DNA of 64,000 nt from Gemmatimonadales bacterium (GTDB taxonomy: Bacteria > Gemmatimonadota > Gemmatimonadetes > Gemmatimonadales > GWC2-71-9). Shown here piece after piece: positions 20,888 to 30,787 of the stretch. A program made the translations under genes and the position numbers. Numbering within the stretch: the stretch's first letter is position 1; every line of letters begins with the position of its first letter. The stretch is taken from contig JBFGJG010000005.1 in assembly GCA_041577295.1 (NCBI GenBank), forward strand, positions 32,001 through 96,000, in the 5' to 3' direction. The notes beneath the pieces were generated by a model. It made no database searches, was not told the DNA's origin, and saw only the letters and a program-made list of their open reading frames with translations.

Positions 20888-22995
20888 CCGACCCTGAACA
20901 GTTCCATCCCCCGTTCGTAACGCCGCTCGATCCGCGCGCGCAGCGGGGCGTGCCCCGATGCGGTCAAGTGAGGATCCTTCTCGACGATGGCAAGCGCAGC
21001 AGTGCGGGCGGCGTCGACGAGGCGGCCATCGGTGGCAAGGTTGGCGTACCGCAAGTTGTATCCACCCGATTGCCGCGCGCCGGCCAACTCGCCGATCCCG
21101 CGCTCCTGCAGGTCGAGCTCGGCGATCTTGAAACCGTCTGAGGTGGCCGCGAAGCGCCGCAGCCGTTCGACCGCCTGCGGACCGCCGCCCGGGAGTAGAA
21201 TGCAATGACTTTCGGCGGCCCCGCGTCCGACTCGTCCGCGCAGCTGATGCAGTTGCGCCAGGCCAAACCGCTCGGGGTGCTCGATCAGCATGACCGTAGC
21301 GTTGGGGATGTCGATGCCCACCTCGATGACGGTGGTTGCGACGAGGACGGCGAGCTTGCCGTCGCGGAACTGACGCATCGTCGCCTCTCGCTCGTCCGAC
21401 TTCATCCTTCCATGAATCAACCCCACAGAGTGCGGCGCCAAGCGTTTTCGTAGCACCTCCGCCATCGTCGTGGCGGCTTTGAGATCGACCTTCTCCGATT
21501 CCTCGATCACCGGATAGACGACGTAGACCTGCTGCCCTGCCGCGCACCGCTCGGAGAGGAAGCGATACACGGCGGGGCGGTCCTTGTCGAAGCGCACGCC
21601 CGTCCGAACGGGCGGCCGGTTTTCCGGCTTCTCCTTGAGGACCGAGATGTCCAGATCCCCGTACAGCGTCAGCGCCAAGGTCCGCGGAATGGGTGTGGCC
21701 GAAAGCAACAAGACTTCCGGTGCCTCACCCTTCTCGATGAGCGCGGCCCGTTGCTCCACACCAAAACGGTGCTGCTCGTCGATGACGACGAGGCCGAGTC
21801 GCGCAAAATCGGTCTGTTCCTGAATGAGTGTATGCGTGCCTACCACCACCTTGGAGTGTCCCGTGGCAATGCGCTCGCGAATGGATGCCTTTTCACCGGC
21901 GGACAACCGGCCGACCAGCATTTCGGGTACGATGCCCAGTGGGGCCAGCAGCTCCGCGATGGCGCGGCCGTGTTGCTCCGCCAGTAACTCGGTGGGTGCC
22001 ATGAAAACCGCCTGGGCCTCATTCTCGACCGCCAGCAGCATGGCAAACAGCGCGACGATGGTCTTGCCCGTTCCCACATCGCCCATCAGGAGACGGTGCA
22101 TACGCTGAGACGACGTCATATCCGCCGTGATCTCGCGAAGCGCTTGTTTCTGATCGGCAGTCAGCTCGAACGGAAGCGCGTGCTTGAGTGCTGTGGTGAG
22201 CTCCCGCTTGACGGCAAACTGCATCCCCTTGTGGGCTTTCTTGGCAAGATGCCTCGCACGCGCCACGACCAGTTGCAAATCGAACAACTCGTCAAACGCG
22301 AGCCGCTGCCGCCCCGATTCCCAGGAGTTGGCTGCCGACGCGGTGGGCGGTTGATGCACCAGTCGCAGCGCGTCGCGTAGCGGGAGCAGGTTTGCGGAGC
22401 GGCGCACGGGTTCCGCCAGATGGTCCTCGGTGGTCTCGAGCATCGCGTCGAGGTGGTCGGCGATGACTCTGCGAATGACGCGGTGACTCAGACCCTCGGT
22501 CGCCGGATACACGGGAATGACCATGCCGCTCTCGTTGCCGCTGGCCGTACCCGGCCCCGCGTTCCCGTCCTCTCCGGCTCCCGCCGCATCCTCGAGCACG
22601 ATCTGCTCACGTGGCACCACCTGGCGCCCGTGATAGTGCTTGACCGGTCCGGACACGAGCAAAAGCTGTCCGGGCTTGATCATCCGATCGAGAAACGCCT
22701 GTCCCGGCCAGGCGCATTCAATCACGCCCGAAGAATCGCGAAGGACCGCGCGAAAGATCCGTAGGCGTTTGCGTGTGGGCATGACCGCCTTCGAGACGAC
22801 GCGCCCCACAAACGTCGCTTCCTGGCCGACGACAGCTTTGGCGATGGGAGTTACCGAGGTGGCGTCGAGATAGCGATGGGGAGTGTGGTACAGCAGATCT
22901 TCCACGGTGCGCACCCCGAGACGTTCGAACGCCTCGGCGCGTCTCGGTCCGACCCCTTTGAGAAACTGAACCGGCGTCTCGCGTTTGAGCGCCAT
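20884..22995 (-). CDS. recG: ATP-dependent DNA helicase RecG
   Basis: LKGVGP, RLAFDEL, LMGDVGTGKT, IDEQHRFG, SATPIPRT, ERFGLAQLHQLRGRVGRG and DGFKIAELDL. Confidence 0.97.
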   Translation of the reverse strand: MALKRETPVQFLKGVGPRRAEAFERLGVRTVEDLLYHTPHRYLDATSVTPIAKAVVGQEATFVGRVVSKAVMPTRKRLRIFRAVLRDSSGVIECAWPGQAFLDRMIKPGQLLLVSGPVKHYHGRQVVPREQIVLEDAAGAGEDGNAGPGTASGNESGMVIPVYPATEGLSHRVIRRVIADHLDAMLETTEDHLAEPVRRSANLLPLRDALRLVHQPPTASAANSWESGRQRLAFDELFDLQLVVARARHLAKKAHKGMQFAVKRELTTALKHALPFELTADQKQALREITADMTSSQRMHRLLMGDVGTGKTIVALFAMLLAVENEAQAVFMAPTELLAEQHGRAIAELLAPLGIVPEMLVGRLSAGEKASIRERIATGHSKVVVGTHTLIQEQTDFARLGLVVIDEQHRFGVEQRAALIEKGEAPEVLLLSATPIPRTLALTLYGDLDISVLKEKPENRPPVRTGVRFDKDRPAVYRFLSERCAAGQQVYVVYPVIEESEKVDLKAATTMAEVLRKRLAPHSVGLIHGRMKSDEREATMRQFRDGKLAVLVATTVIEVGIDIPNATVMLIEHPERFGLAQLHQLRGRVGRGAAESHCILLPGGGPQAVERLRRFAATSDGFKIAELDLQERGIGELAGARQSGGYNLRYANLATDGRLVDAARTAALAIVEKDPHLTASGHAPLRARIERRYERGMELFRVG

Positions 22996-23888
22996 CAATC
23001 GGCGAGTAGGCGGTCCACGAAGCGACCCGCATCGAACACTTCGAGATCGTCGAGCCCTTCGCCCACGCCGATGAACTTGATGGGGATGTCGAGCTCTCGG
23101 CGGAGCAGGAGGACCGCGCCACCCTTCGCGGTGCCGTCGAGCTTGGTGATGACCAACCCAGTGACCGGCACAGCCTCCGAAAAGGCACGCCCCTGTGCCA
23201 AAGCATTCTGACCGACCGTACCGTCTAGCACCAACAGTGTCTCATGCGGTGCCGCCTCGCGTTTGCGGGCCACCACTCGAGCAACCTTTTTGAGCTCCTC
23301 CATGAGATCGCCGTGCGTGTGGAGACGACCGGCCGTGTCGATGAGCACCACATCGACGTTGCGAGCAGTCGCCGCTTCGACCGCATCGTACGCCACGGCG
23401 GCGGGATCGCCGCCACGCGTTCCAGTCACGCAGTCGACCCCGAGCCGGTTGGCCCACTCCTGCAGCTGCTCACTCGCCCCGGCGCGGAAGGTGTCCGCGG
23501 CGGTGAGCAGGACGGACTTACCTTGTCGTTTGAGTCGGTGCGCCAGCTTTGCGATCTGCGTCGTCTTCCCCACGCCATTCACCCCGAGCACCAAAATCAC
23601 GGTGGGACCCGCGGCATCACCAAAGGCGAGGCCGGTGCCGTCGACACTCGGGAAGTAATCGATGATCTCCCGCTTCAGCCACACCTTTACGGCATCGGCC
23701 GTGCGCAAGGTTCCCCGACGCAGTTGATCCTCGACACGCTCTGTCAGCTCGAACGCGATGGGTCCGAAGTCGGCTTCGATCATAACGCGTTCGAAGCGAT
23801 CGATCGTGTCCTGATCCAGGCCCTTGACCAGCACGGTGACGTCTGTAAGAGCCACCTGTTTGATGCGCTGCCACAAGCTCTTGCTCAC
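22995..23888 (-). CDS. ftsY: Signal recognition particle receptor FtsY
   Basis: GVNGVGKTT, ADTFRAGA, DTAGRLH, TKLDGTAKGG and GVGEGLDDL. Confidence 0.96.
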   Translation of the reverse strand: MSKSLWQRIKQVALTDVTVLVKGLDQDTIDRFERVMIEADFGPIAFELTERVEDQLRRGTLRTADAVKVWLKREIIDYFPSVDGTGLAFGDAAGPTVILVLGVNGVGKTTQIAKLAHRLKRQGKSVLLTAADTFRAGASEQLQEWANRLGVDCVTGTRGGDPAAVAYDAVEAATARNVDVVLIDTAGRLHTHGDLMEELKKVARVVARKREAAPHETLLVLDGTVGQNALAQGRAFSEAVPVTGLVITKLDGTAKGGAVLLLRRELDIPIKFIGVGEGLDDLEVFDAGRFVDRLLAD

Positions 23889-25708
23889 GGGAGCCCCCGG
23901 CGCTGCCGCCACGCCCATTCGCCAACTAGCGCGAGGACGCCGATCACAAAGAGCCACCAACGTTCTCTGGCGTGCTCCTCGAGGAGTGTAAAGGCCACAC
24001 CACCCGTCTCGGGCACGTTCATGACGGTACGAGGCGAGTACTCAGCGGAGTACGACTCGACAACGGACACCCCCCGCACGTTACCCGCATCGGGAATCAC
24101 CCAGCGATACACACCGGGCTCGAGATCGACCCGGGCGGTGCCGTTCGCATCAAAGCGTAGGGACTGGGTAACGCTCGTATCGCCCACGAAGGTGACGGCA
24201 AGAGAATCGGGAATCGAATCACGTGTCCAGCGAAAGACCACTGGCATGCCGCGCTGCACTACCGGGCTCGCGGTCACGGCAAGGTTGGAGGAACCCGTGC
24301 GCTCTGCCAGCAGCCAGTCGGTGCCCGCCGCCAGAATCGCGCGATACGCCTCGCGCGCAGCCCCACCACGAAACCGCCATCGCCAGAGTCCTTCGCCCAC
24401 GGTTGTGAGTACGCGCATACCCGCCGAGTCCCGGCCGACCAGCACTGGGCGTTCCGCACCACGTCGTCCCTGCCGCGCCGCGAGCGCGGACCAATCCACC
24501 GCCGTGAGAGTCACCGGTACCACGCCGGTGAGCGGTGCGAGGGAGTCCCATTCGAGACCGGCAAGCCGACCGGCCAGCGGCGAGCCCGGAAGCTCTGGGG
24601 AGAGGTACCAGTCGCCCGCAACCACCGCACGAGGTGTCTCGCCGCCCGGCCAGAACCAGACGGGGCCCCGGCGATCGGGACCCGCCCGCTCACGCGGGCC
24701 GCGCAACACGAGCAGCGCGGCCGTCCGCACTGCGGTGCGCACTTGCTGGTCGGAAACGCGTGTGAGCGTTCGCATGTCGAGCCACGACCCGCTGACCGTC
24801 CGCGCATAACCGCGCACGGTCGTTCGCGCCACGTCGGACAGCTCCTCCACGAGGAATCGTCCCTCCCAGTCCGCCGGATCGACCACGACCACGATGGCCG
24901 GCTGTTCCGACACCTCGAGCACCACCAGACGTTCGTCGTTTCGTGGCTCCGCGTCGCCGCTTGCCGTGAGACGCGCCTGGATCACGTGCGTTCCGGCCGC
25001 GAAGAGGCCAGGTCGCAGCGCCACCCGTCGCCGCGCGGTGCCCGGTGACGGCGGTAACGCCACCTGCGTGCTCGCGAGCCGCCGGTCGCCCACAGCCACG
25101 TGGACCTCCGCGGAATCGCTCGCGAGCGCTCCCCACGTTCCCACTGTGAGGTAGAAGACGAGCGAATCTTCGCGCTGAACGCGGCCCGGCACATCGACCC
25201 GTAACACGGCAGCATCTGGCACGGTATCGCGGGGCAACAGTACGAAACGCGTGCCGGGTGTCAGCGCGGGTGGGATAGCGCCTGCATCTTCTATCTCGCC
25301 GTCGGTCACCACGACCGTCGGCCCGCCGCGCGCGCGGGCGGCCGTCAACGCATCACGCAGTTGGGTGGTACCACCAATCGGTGGGGACGCGTCGAACGGT
25401 CGCACATCGTTCCCAAACCGGAGTATCGTGCCTCCGCTGCGGGTGAGCGTATGGGCGCTGTCGAGCGCAGCGCTCCACCGATCTGCACCGGCTTGCATAC
25501 TCAGCGACGCATCCAGCAGCACGGTTGGAGGCCCGCCGGTCACTCGGGCTGTGCGCGATGGATTGAAGAACAGTGCGAGCAACGCGCCGAGGCCAACGAC
25601 TCGCAGCGTTGCGAGCCCCACGCCGCGCGGTCCCTGGCGCTCGAGTCGCAAGTACACGAACACGGCGATCGCCGCCACGCCGGCGGTTGCCAGAACTACC
25701 GCAAGCAC
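23885..25708 (-). CDS. Membrane-anchored hypothetical protein with a degenerate vWA-like domain
   Basis: Two N-terminal TM helices, LLDASLSM (DxSxS) and VVTDGE MIDAS-like motifs, and a C-terminal TM helix with EWAWRQRRGLP. Confidence 0.75.
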   Translation of the reverse strand: MLAVVLATAGVAAIAVFVYLRLERQGPRGVGLATLRVVGLGALLALFFNPSRTARVTGGPPTVLLDASLSMQAGADRWSAALDSAHTLTRSGGTILRFGNDVRPFDASPPIGGTTQLRDALTAARARGGPTVVVTDGEIEDAGAIPPALTPGTRFVLLPRDTVPDAAVLRVDVPGRVQREDSLVFYLTVGTWGALASDSAEVHVAVGDRRLASTQVALPPSPGTARRRVALRPGLFAAGTHVIQARLTASGDAEPRNDERLVVLEVSEQPAIVVVVDPADWEGRFLVEELSDVARTTVRGYARTVSGSWLDMRTLTRVSDQQVRTAVRTAALLVLRGPRERAGPDRRGPVWFWPGGETPRAVVAGDWYLSPELPGSPLAGRLAGLEWDSLAPLTGVVPVTLTAVDWSALAARQGRRGAERPVLVGRDSAGMRVLTTVGEGLWRWRFRGGAAREAYRAILAAGTDWLLAERTGSSNLAVTASPVVQRGMPVVFRWTRDSIPDSLAVTFVGDTSVTQSLRFDANGTARVDLEPGVYRWVIPDAGNVRGVSVVESYSAEYSPRTVMNVPETGGVAFTLLEEHARERWWLFVIGVLALVGEWAWRQRRGLP

Positions 25709-26412
25709 GCGTTCGCCTCTCGCAGCGTGAAGCGGCGGTCGTAAAGGGCACGACCAACAATGACCCCTGCAAGGCCACGCTCGGCTGCCTCGGTCAGCTC
25801 GTGAAGCCCCGCAACACCGCCTGCGACGATCACGGCGACACCCTCACGCGCCAGCCGTTCCGCTCCCACCAGATCGGCGCCGGTGGCCAAGCCGTCGCGG
25901 TCGAGGTCGCGGTACACGACTGTGGTCACACCCGCGCTGAGCGCGCGTCGCGCCAGCACATTTGGTGGAGTGATACCTCCGGCAACACGTTCACGTTCTC
26001 GAACGCAGATCGATCCTTGGCGCACATCGATGTTGACCGCGGCGCGCTCGATCCCGATGAGGGAAAGCAGGTGCTCGAACTCTTCCGAGAGTGCTGCGCC
26101 GGTCCCGATCACGATCCTGGTGGCACCGGCTTCGACGGCGTCAGCAGCCCACCGCGCGGAGCTGACGTTACCACCCACCTGGACCTTGGCATTTGGAAGC
26201 GCACAGATTGCACGAATCCAGTCATTGTTGGCCTTGCCGGTGCCAAGCGCGCGATCCATGTCGACGACGTGGAGCCAGGCGGCTCCCCCCTCGAGGAACG
26301 CCTCGGCCTGCTGCACGGGGTCCGGCAAGGTATTCCACTGACCGCGCGGCGTCCGCTCGGCAAGACGCAGGACGCGACCGTCCTGAATGTCAATCGCGGG
26401 ATAGACTGTCAC
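25696..26412 (-). CDS. HisA-like TIM-barrel isomerase
   Basis: VYPAIDI, LHVVDMD, VQVGG, DLDRDG, IVAGGV and GVIVGRALY. Confidence 0.8.
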   Translation of the reverse strand: MTVYPAIDIQDGRVLRLAERTPRGQWNTLPDPVQQAEAFLEGGAAWLHVVDMDRALGTGKANNDWIRAICALPNAKVQVGGNVSSARWAADAVEAGATRIVIGTGAALSEEFEHLLSLIGIERAAVNIDVRQGSICVRERERVAGGITPPNVLARRALSAGVTTVVYRDLDRDGLATGADLVGAERLAREGVAVIVAGGVAGLHELTEAAERGLAGVIVGRALYDRRFTLREANACLR

Positions 26413-26439
26413 AAACGGAATGTAGCCGACGTGCCGCTG

Positions 26440-27699
26440 CTAATCGCCTTCCGCCTGGACCGTGGGTGCGGTGTAGTCGAGGAGTTGATCGTAATAGGCG
26501 CGGGTGGAGTCGAACTCGGCACGCCGACTACTGCTAACGGGTGTCCCATCACCGTAGCGTACCGCGGTTCGGGGATCCATGTGCCGCCCGTTCTTGATGA
26601 ACTCGTAGTGAACGTGCGGCCCGGTTGCGAGGCCGGTCGAACCAACGAACCCCACCGGGTCTCCCTGTCGCACCGTTGAACCGATGCCGACTCCACGAGC
26701 CAGCGAGCTGAGGTGCGCGTAACGTGTCTGGACGTCTTTAGGGTGCCGGATCTCGACCATCAACCCATAGCTACCCCAGCGCCCCGCGCGAGTGATGACC
26801 CCGTCACCCGTGGCACGCACCTCGGCCCCATGCGGCGCGCCAAAATCGATGCCCAGGTGTGGGCGATACCGTTTGAGCACGGGATGGTACCGGCGGCGGG
26901 AGAAGCGCGACGTGATGCGATAGGGGACGGGTGACAGCTTGAAGTCTCGCAGGAGCGACTTGCCTTCGGCGTCGTAGTAGCCGTTGCGACCATCCGTCTC
27001 GGGAAACACGTACGCCGTGTTGATACGACCGCGTGTAGCGATACGCGCTGCCGTTACTCGCCCAAACCGGATGTCACCCATCGGAGATGTGAGGCGCTCA
27101 AAGAGCAGCTCGACGTGGTCTCCCGGGTAAATGTCGCGCGTAAAGTCAATCACCCATCCGTAAACCCCGTCCGCCAGATCCCACGCTAACAACGCCCGCT
27201 GGGCCGCGGGGAGGACCGAGTCCGGAATCATGGTGTCGAGCGTTTCGAACAGCGAGGAGCGAATGGGACTGCGAACCAGCTCGAGATTGACCGTCCACTG
27301 GATCGTCTCGGAGGATCCGAGCCAAACGTCGCCAGAGTCGCGGCGCAGGGTCAGCACCCGCTCGTCGCCCACTCGCATCACGACGCGATCGGGCTTTGGT
27401 TCGGTGACGACATAGCGGAATTCGAAGACCTGCCCCGCTCGTACTCTGCGTGGGTCCACGCCGTCCGCCGCGGCGAGGAGCGAGAACAGCTCAGAACCGG
27501 AGATGTTGTGGCGGGCGAAGAGCTCGCTGAGCGTCTCGTTGCGTTGTAGCGTGTCGGCCCGCTCTTCATGAGCGGTCGAGATGACAATCGGGTTCGCCGA
27601 GGGCAGCTCGGATTCCGGCCAGAAGCCCACCGCGAGACCCGTGGCCACCACCACGACCCCGCTCCCGAGCGTGAACGCGTTGGGCAGACGGACTGGCAT
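26440..27699 (-). CDS. M23-family peptidoglycan metalloendopeptidase (MepM-like)
   Basis: N-terminal TM helix, HLGIDF (HxxxD), YAHL and GSTGLATGPHVHYE (HxH). Confidence 0.92.
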   Translation of the reverse strand: MPVRLPNAFTLGSGVVVVATGLAVGFWPESELPSANPIVISTAHEERADTLQRNETLSELFARHNISGSELFSLLAAADGVDPRRVRAGQVFEFRYVVTEPKPDRVVMRVGDERVLTLRRDSGDVWLGSSETIQWTVNLELVRSPIRSSLFETLDTMIPDSVLPAAQRALLAWDLADGVYGWVIDFTRDIYPGDHVELLFERLTSPMGDIRFGRVTAARIATRGRINTAYVFPETDGRNGYYDAEGKSLLRDFKLSPVPYRITSRFSRRRYHPVLKRYRPHLGIDFGAPHGAEVRATGDGVITRAGRWGSYGLMVEIRHPKDVQTRYAHLSSLARGVGIGSTVRQGDPVGFVGSTGLATGPHVHYEFIKNGRHMDPRTAVRYGDGTPVSSSRRAEFDSTRAYYDQLLDYTAPTVQAEGD

Positions 27700-28856
27700 C
27701 AGTCCATCTGGCGGCGGATGAAGGTCGGGATCTCCATGTCGGAGATCTCCTCGACGTCAGGGGAAGGAGGGGTTTGCTTGGGAGCGGTCACACCCCGCTG
27801 CGGCGTGGCAGTCGCCGGGCGCGGCGCGCGCTGCGGGAACGGCAACACACCAGGGGTGCCCGGCCGCCCGGCGTAGGGACTCTCCTGCTGAGTCAACGCC
27901 TTATCGAAGCCCGTAGCAATCACGGTCACCCGAACCTCACCCTGCATGGCAGATTCATGCACGGCACCGAAGATGATCTCGGCCTGATCGCCGGCCGCAT
28001 CGTGGATGATCTCGCTGATCTGATTGACCTCACCCAGCGTAAGATCTTCCCCGCCGGTAATGTTGACCAGGACACCCGTGGATCCATTGATGCTGACATC
28101 GTCCAGCAACGGGCTGGCGATCGCTTGCTGAGCCGCTTCGAGGGCGCGGTCCTCTCCGCGCGACGCGCCGGTGCCCATGAGTGCGGAGCCGCCGTTTTGC
28201 ATGACCGTACGTACGTCGGCGAAATCGACGTTCACCAAACCCGTGACGCTGATGAGCGTGGAGATGCCTTGTGTGGCGTGGAGCAACACTTCGTCCGCCT
28301 TCTTGAGGGCCTCCTGGAACGGCACGTTCTTGCCCACCACCGCGAGCAGCCGCTCGTTGGGCACCACAATCATCGTGTCGACGTGCTTGCGCATCTCTGC
28401 GATGCCGATCTCGGCCTGCCGCATTCGCTTGCGCCCCTCGAACAGAAACGGCTTGGTAATGATGCCTACGGTGAGCGCCCCGACATCGCGTGCGAGTTGT
28501 GCGATGATTGGCGACGCCCCGGTTCCCGTGCCACCACCCATGCCGCACGTCACGAACACCAGGTCGGCTCCCTCCAGGGTGTGGAGCACCTCGTCGCGGT
28601 TCTCTTCGATGGCCTGCCGTCCAATCTCGGGACGGGCGCCGGCGCCCAGTCCCCGCGTGAGCTTCTTGCCGATCTGGATCTTCACATCGGCGTCGTTGTG
28701 CAGCAGGGCTTGCGCATCGGTGTTGACGGAGATGAACTCGACCCCGGTCAGGTGTTCGGCGATCATGCGGTTCACCGCATTCCCGCCACCGCCACCAACC
28801 CCTACCACCTTCATCCGGGCGTTTTGCGCAACCGTCTCTTCCAGTTCGAAGACCAT
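27699..28856 (-). CDS. ftsZ: Cell division protein FtsZ
   Basis: [29 protein letters not shown] and C-terminal EIPTFIRRQ. Confidence 0.99.
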   Translation of the reverse strand: MVFELEETVAQNARMKVVGVGGGGGNAVNRMIAEHLTGVEFISVNTDAQALLHNDADVKIQIGKKLTRGLGAGARPEIGRQAIEENRDEVLHTLEGADLVFVTCGMGGGTGTGASPIIAQLARDVGALTVGIITKPFLFEGRKRMRQAEIGIAEMRKHVDTMIVVPNERLLAVVGKNVPFQEALKKADEVLLHATQGISTLISVTGLVNVDFADVRTVMQNGGSALMGTGASRGEDRALEAAQQAIASPLLDDVSINGSTGVLVNITGGEDLTLGEVNQISEIIHDAAGDQAEIIFGAVHESAMQGEVRVTVIATGFDKALTQQESPYAGRPGTPGVLPFPQRAPRPATATPQRGVTAPKQTPPSPDVEEISDMEIPTFIRRQMD

Positions 28857-28874
28857 GAGTTCCTCTTGTCCTCT

Positions 28875-30110
28875 TTAGAAGAAGTCTTGCAGCCAGCGTT
28901 TCACTGGTGCGAAGAGTCTACCCACCGACGTATCCGCCAGACTATCGGTACCGCGAAGACGTCGTCGCGACGCGTACAGCGTCAAACCGACGGGCACCGC
29001 GTAGCGTGGTGCCTGCACACTGTCCACTAATCCGGTGATCTGCGTCTGAGGAGTCCCCTTGCGCACCGGCATGGCGAATATCTCGCGGCTCAGCTCGACA
29101 ATGCCGGCCATATGCGCCCCGCCACCGCTGAGCACCACACCGGCCGGGAGGCGACCTCCAAACCCGGCGGTATCAATCTGCTCCGCAACCAGCTGGAGGA
29201 CCTCGTCCAGCCGCTGGTGAATGATGTGCGCCAACAGCTCGCGTTTAGCCTCGCGGTCCCCTTGCCCCGGTGTTCCGGGGAGCTCGATGATCTCGTCTGA
29301 ATCGACGAGCGGTGAGTACGCCACGCCCCACCGCTCCTTGAGCCGCTCGGCGTCTGTCTGCGTCACACCCAGCCCCTGCACGATGTCATTAGTAACGAGC
29401 CAGCCGGCGAACGGCAGCGACGATAGATGCCGGAGCTTCGCTTCGTGAAAGATGGCGGTTGTCGTAAGCCCACCTCCCAACTCCACCAGCGCGCACCCCA
29501 GCTCCTTCTCTTCGTCCGTTACGGTGGCGAGCGACGCCGCGAGCGGCTCCAGCACCAACTCCGCCACACGGTACCCGGCCCGCTCGACCGACTTCCGCAG
29601 GTTCTGTGCGGCCTTCTTTTGCACGGCCACGAGACACATTTCGACTTCGAGTCGCACACCGACGAATCCCACCGGGTCGCTGATCCCACCCTGCGCATCG
29701 ACCTTGTACTCCTGCGGGATGTGATGGAGCAACTCATAGCCGTCGCCGAGGGTGACTGCCTTCGCGACGTCCGACACCCGTTCCGCATCGTCCCGTGTGA
29801 TCTCTTCGCCCGTCACCGAGGCGAGGCCTGTCGAAACTTGGGTCCGCACGTGCTCCCCGGCCACGCCGCAATAGACGGCGGGCACCTCCACCCCCGCCAT
29901 GCGCTCAGCATCACGCATGGCACGCACGATGGAGCGGGTCGTCTCCTCGATATCTCGCACCTTGCCGCGCCGCAGCCCCGATGTCTTGGCCAGTCCGATG
30001 CCGAGGATATTGGCACCGGGAAGGCCGTCGATTTCGACCGCCTCGGCGATCACCGCGCACGTCTTGGTGGTGCCGAGATTCAGACCGGCGACCAGGTTCT
30101 CCCGCTTCAC
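28875..30110 (-). CDS. ftsA: Cell division protein FtsA
   Basis: Actin-fold motifs, AERLK, LSGGGA, C-terminal amphipathic VKRWLQDFF; lies between ftsQ and ftsZ. Confidence 0.95.
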   Translation of the reverse strand: MKRENLVAGLNLGTTKTCAVIAEAVEIDGLPGANILGIGLAKTSGLRRGKVRDIEETTRSIVRAMRDAERMAGVEVPAVYCGVAGEHVRTQVSTGLASVTGEEITRDDAERVSDVAKAVTLGDGYELLHHIPQEYKVDAQGGISDPVGFVGVRLEVEMCLVAVQKKAAQNLRKSVERAGYRVAELVLEPLAASLATVTDEEKELGCALVELGGGLTTTAIFHEAKLRHLSSLPFAGWLVTNDIVQGLGVTQTDAERLKERWGVAYSPLVDSDEIIELPGTPGQGDREAKRELLAHIIHQRLDEVLQLVAEQIDTAGFGGRLPAGVVLSGGGAHMAGIVELSREIFAMPVRKGTPQTQITGLVDSVQAPRYAVPVGLTLYASRRRLRGTDSLADTSVGRLFAPVKRWLQDFF

Positions 30111-30787
30111 ACGCCTCCCGTTCGCGCAAACACGCGTCCTGCAAACCGAGCGTCGAGGCGGCGTGCCGCTCGACCGGTCTCGGCGAGATGCTCGCGCACG
30201 GCTCCGACCGCCCGGATTTGCTCACCGGACGGCTCCCTGCCCACGATCAGCTCTTCACCCCCCAGATCGAGCAACACGTCACTCTTTCCGTAGCGCCGCG
30301 CGCTCTGCACTTCGCGAAACAGCGCCGAATCGGTGGCCCGTACGCGCCACAGCGCGCGAACCAGCACCGTGTCCGGTCGAGGAACGACCGGCAGATCCAG
30401 ACCGGTGGCGGCGGGCTCGTATGGCAGCGGATGCCCCGTAGCATCGAGCGGCACCATGCCGTCGGGACCGGGTGCCATTGCCACGGCTTCGTGCTGCGTG
30501 AAGATGAGCCGCAGTGTCCCGGGAAGGCGACGTTCGACGCGCACATCTGCAACGCCCGGAAGCTCGCGCGCTCGGCGCTCCAGGGGCTTGTTACTCTCGA
30601 ACAGATTACGACGGGGCGGAATCTCGAGCCGCACCAACACGCTTTCCGCCGGCAGATACCGCAGGCCGGTGAGCTCGACCTGACGTACGTGGAAAAAGCC
30701 AACGTGCCTGAGGGCAAGTGGCATCAGCCCCACTGCCACCCCTGCGAGGACGGCTCCGACCGCCACCGTGCCGACCGCTCGCCTCAC
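30107..30787 (-). CDS. ftsQ: Cell division protein FtsQ/DivIB
   Basis: TM helix, POTRA domain (FHVRQVELTG...VERRLPGTL), C-terminal LDARF; dcw position. Confidence 0.85.
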   Translation of the reverse strand: MRRAVGTVAVGAVLAGVAVGLMPLALRHVGFFHVRQVELTGLRYLPAESVLVRLEIPPRRNLFESNKPLERRARELPGVADVRVERRLPGTLRLIFTQHEAVAMAPGPDGMVPLDATGHPLPYEPAATGLDLPVVPRPDTVLVRALWRVRATDSALFREVQSARRYGKSDVLLDLGGEELIVGREPSGEQIRAVGAVREHLAETGRAARRLDARFAGRVFARTGGV

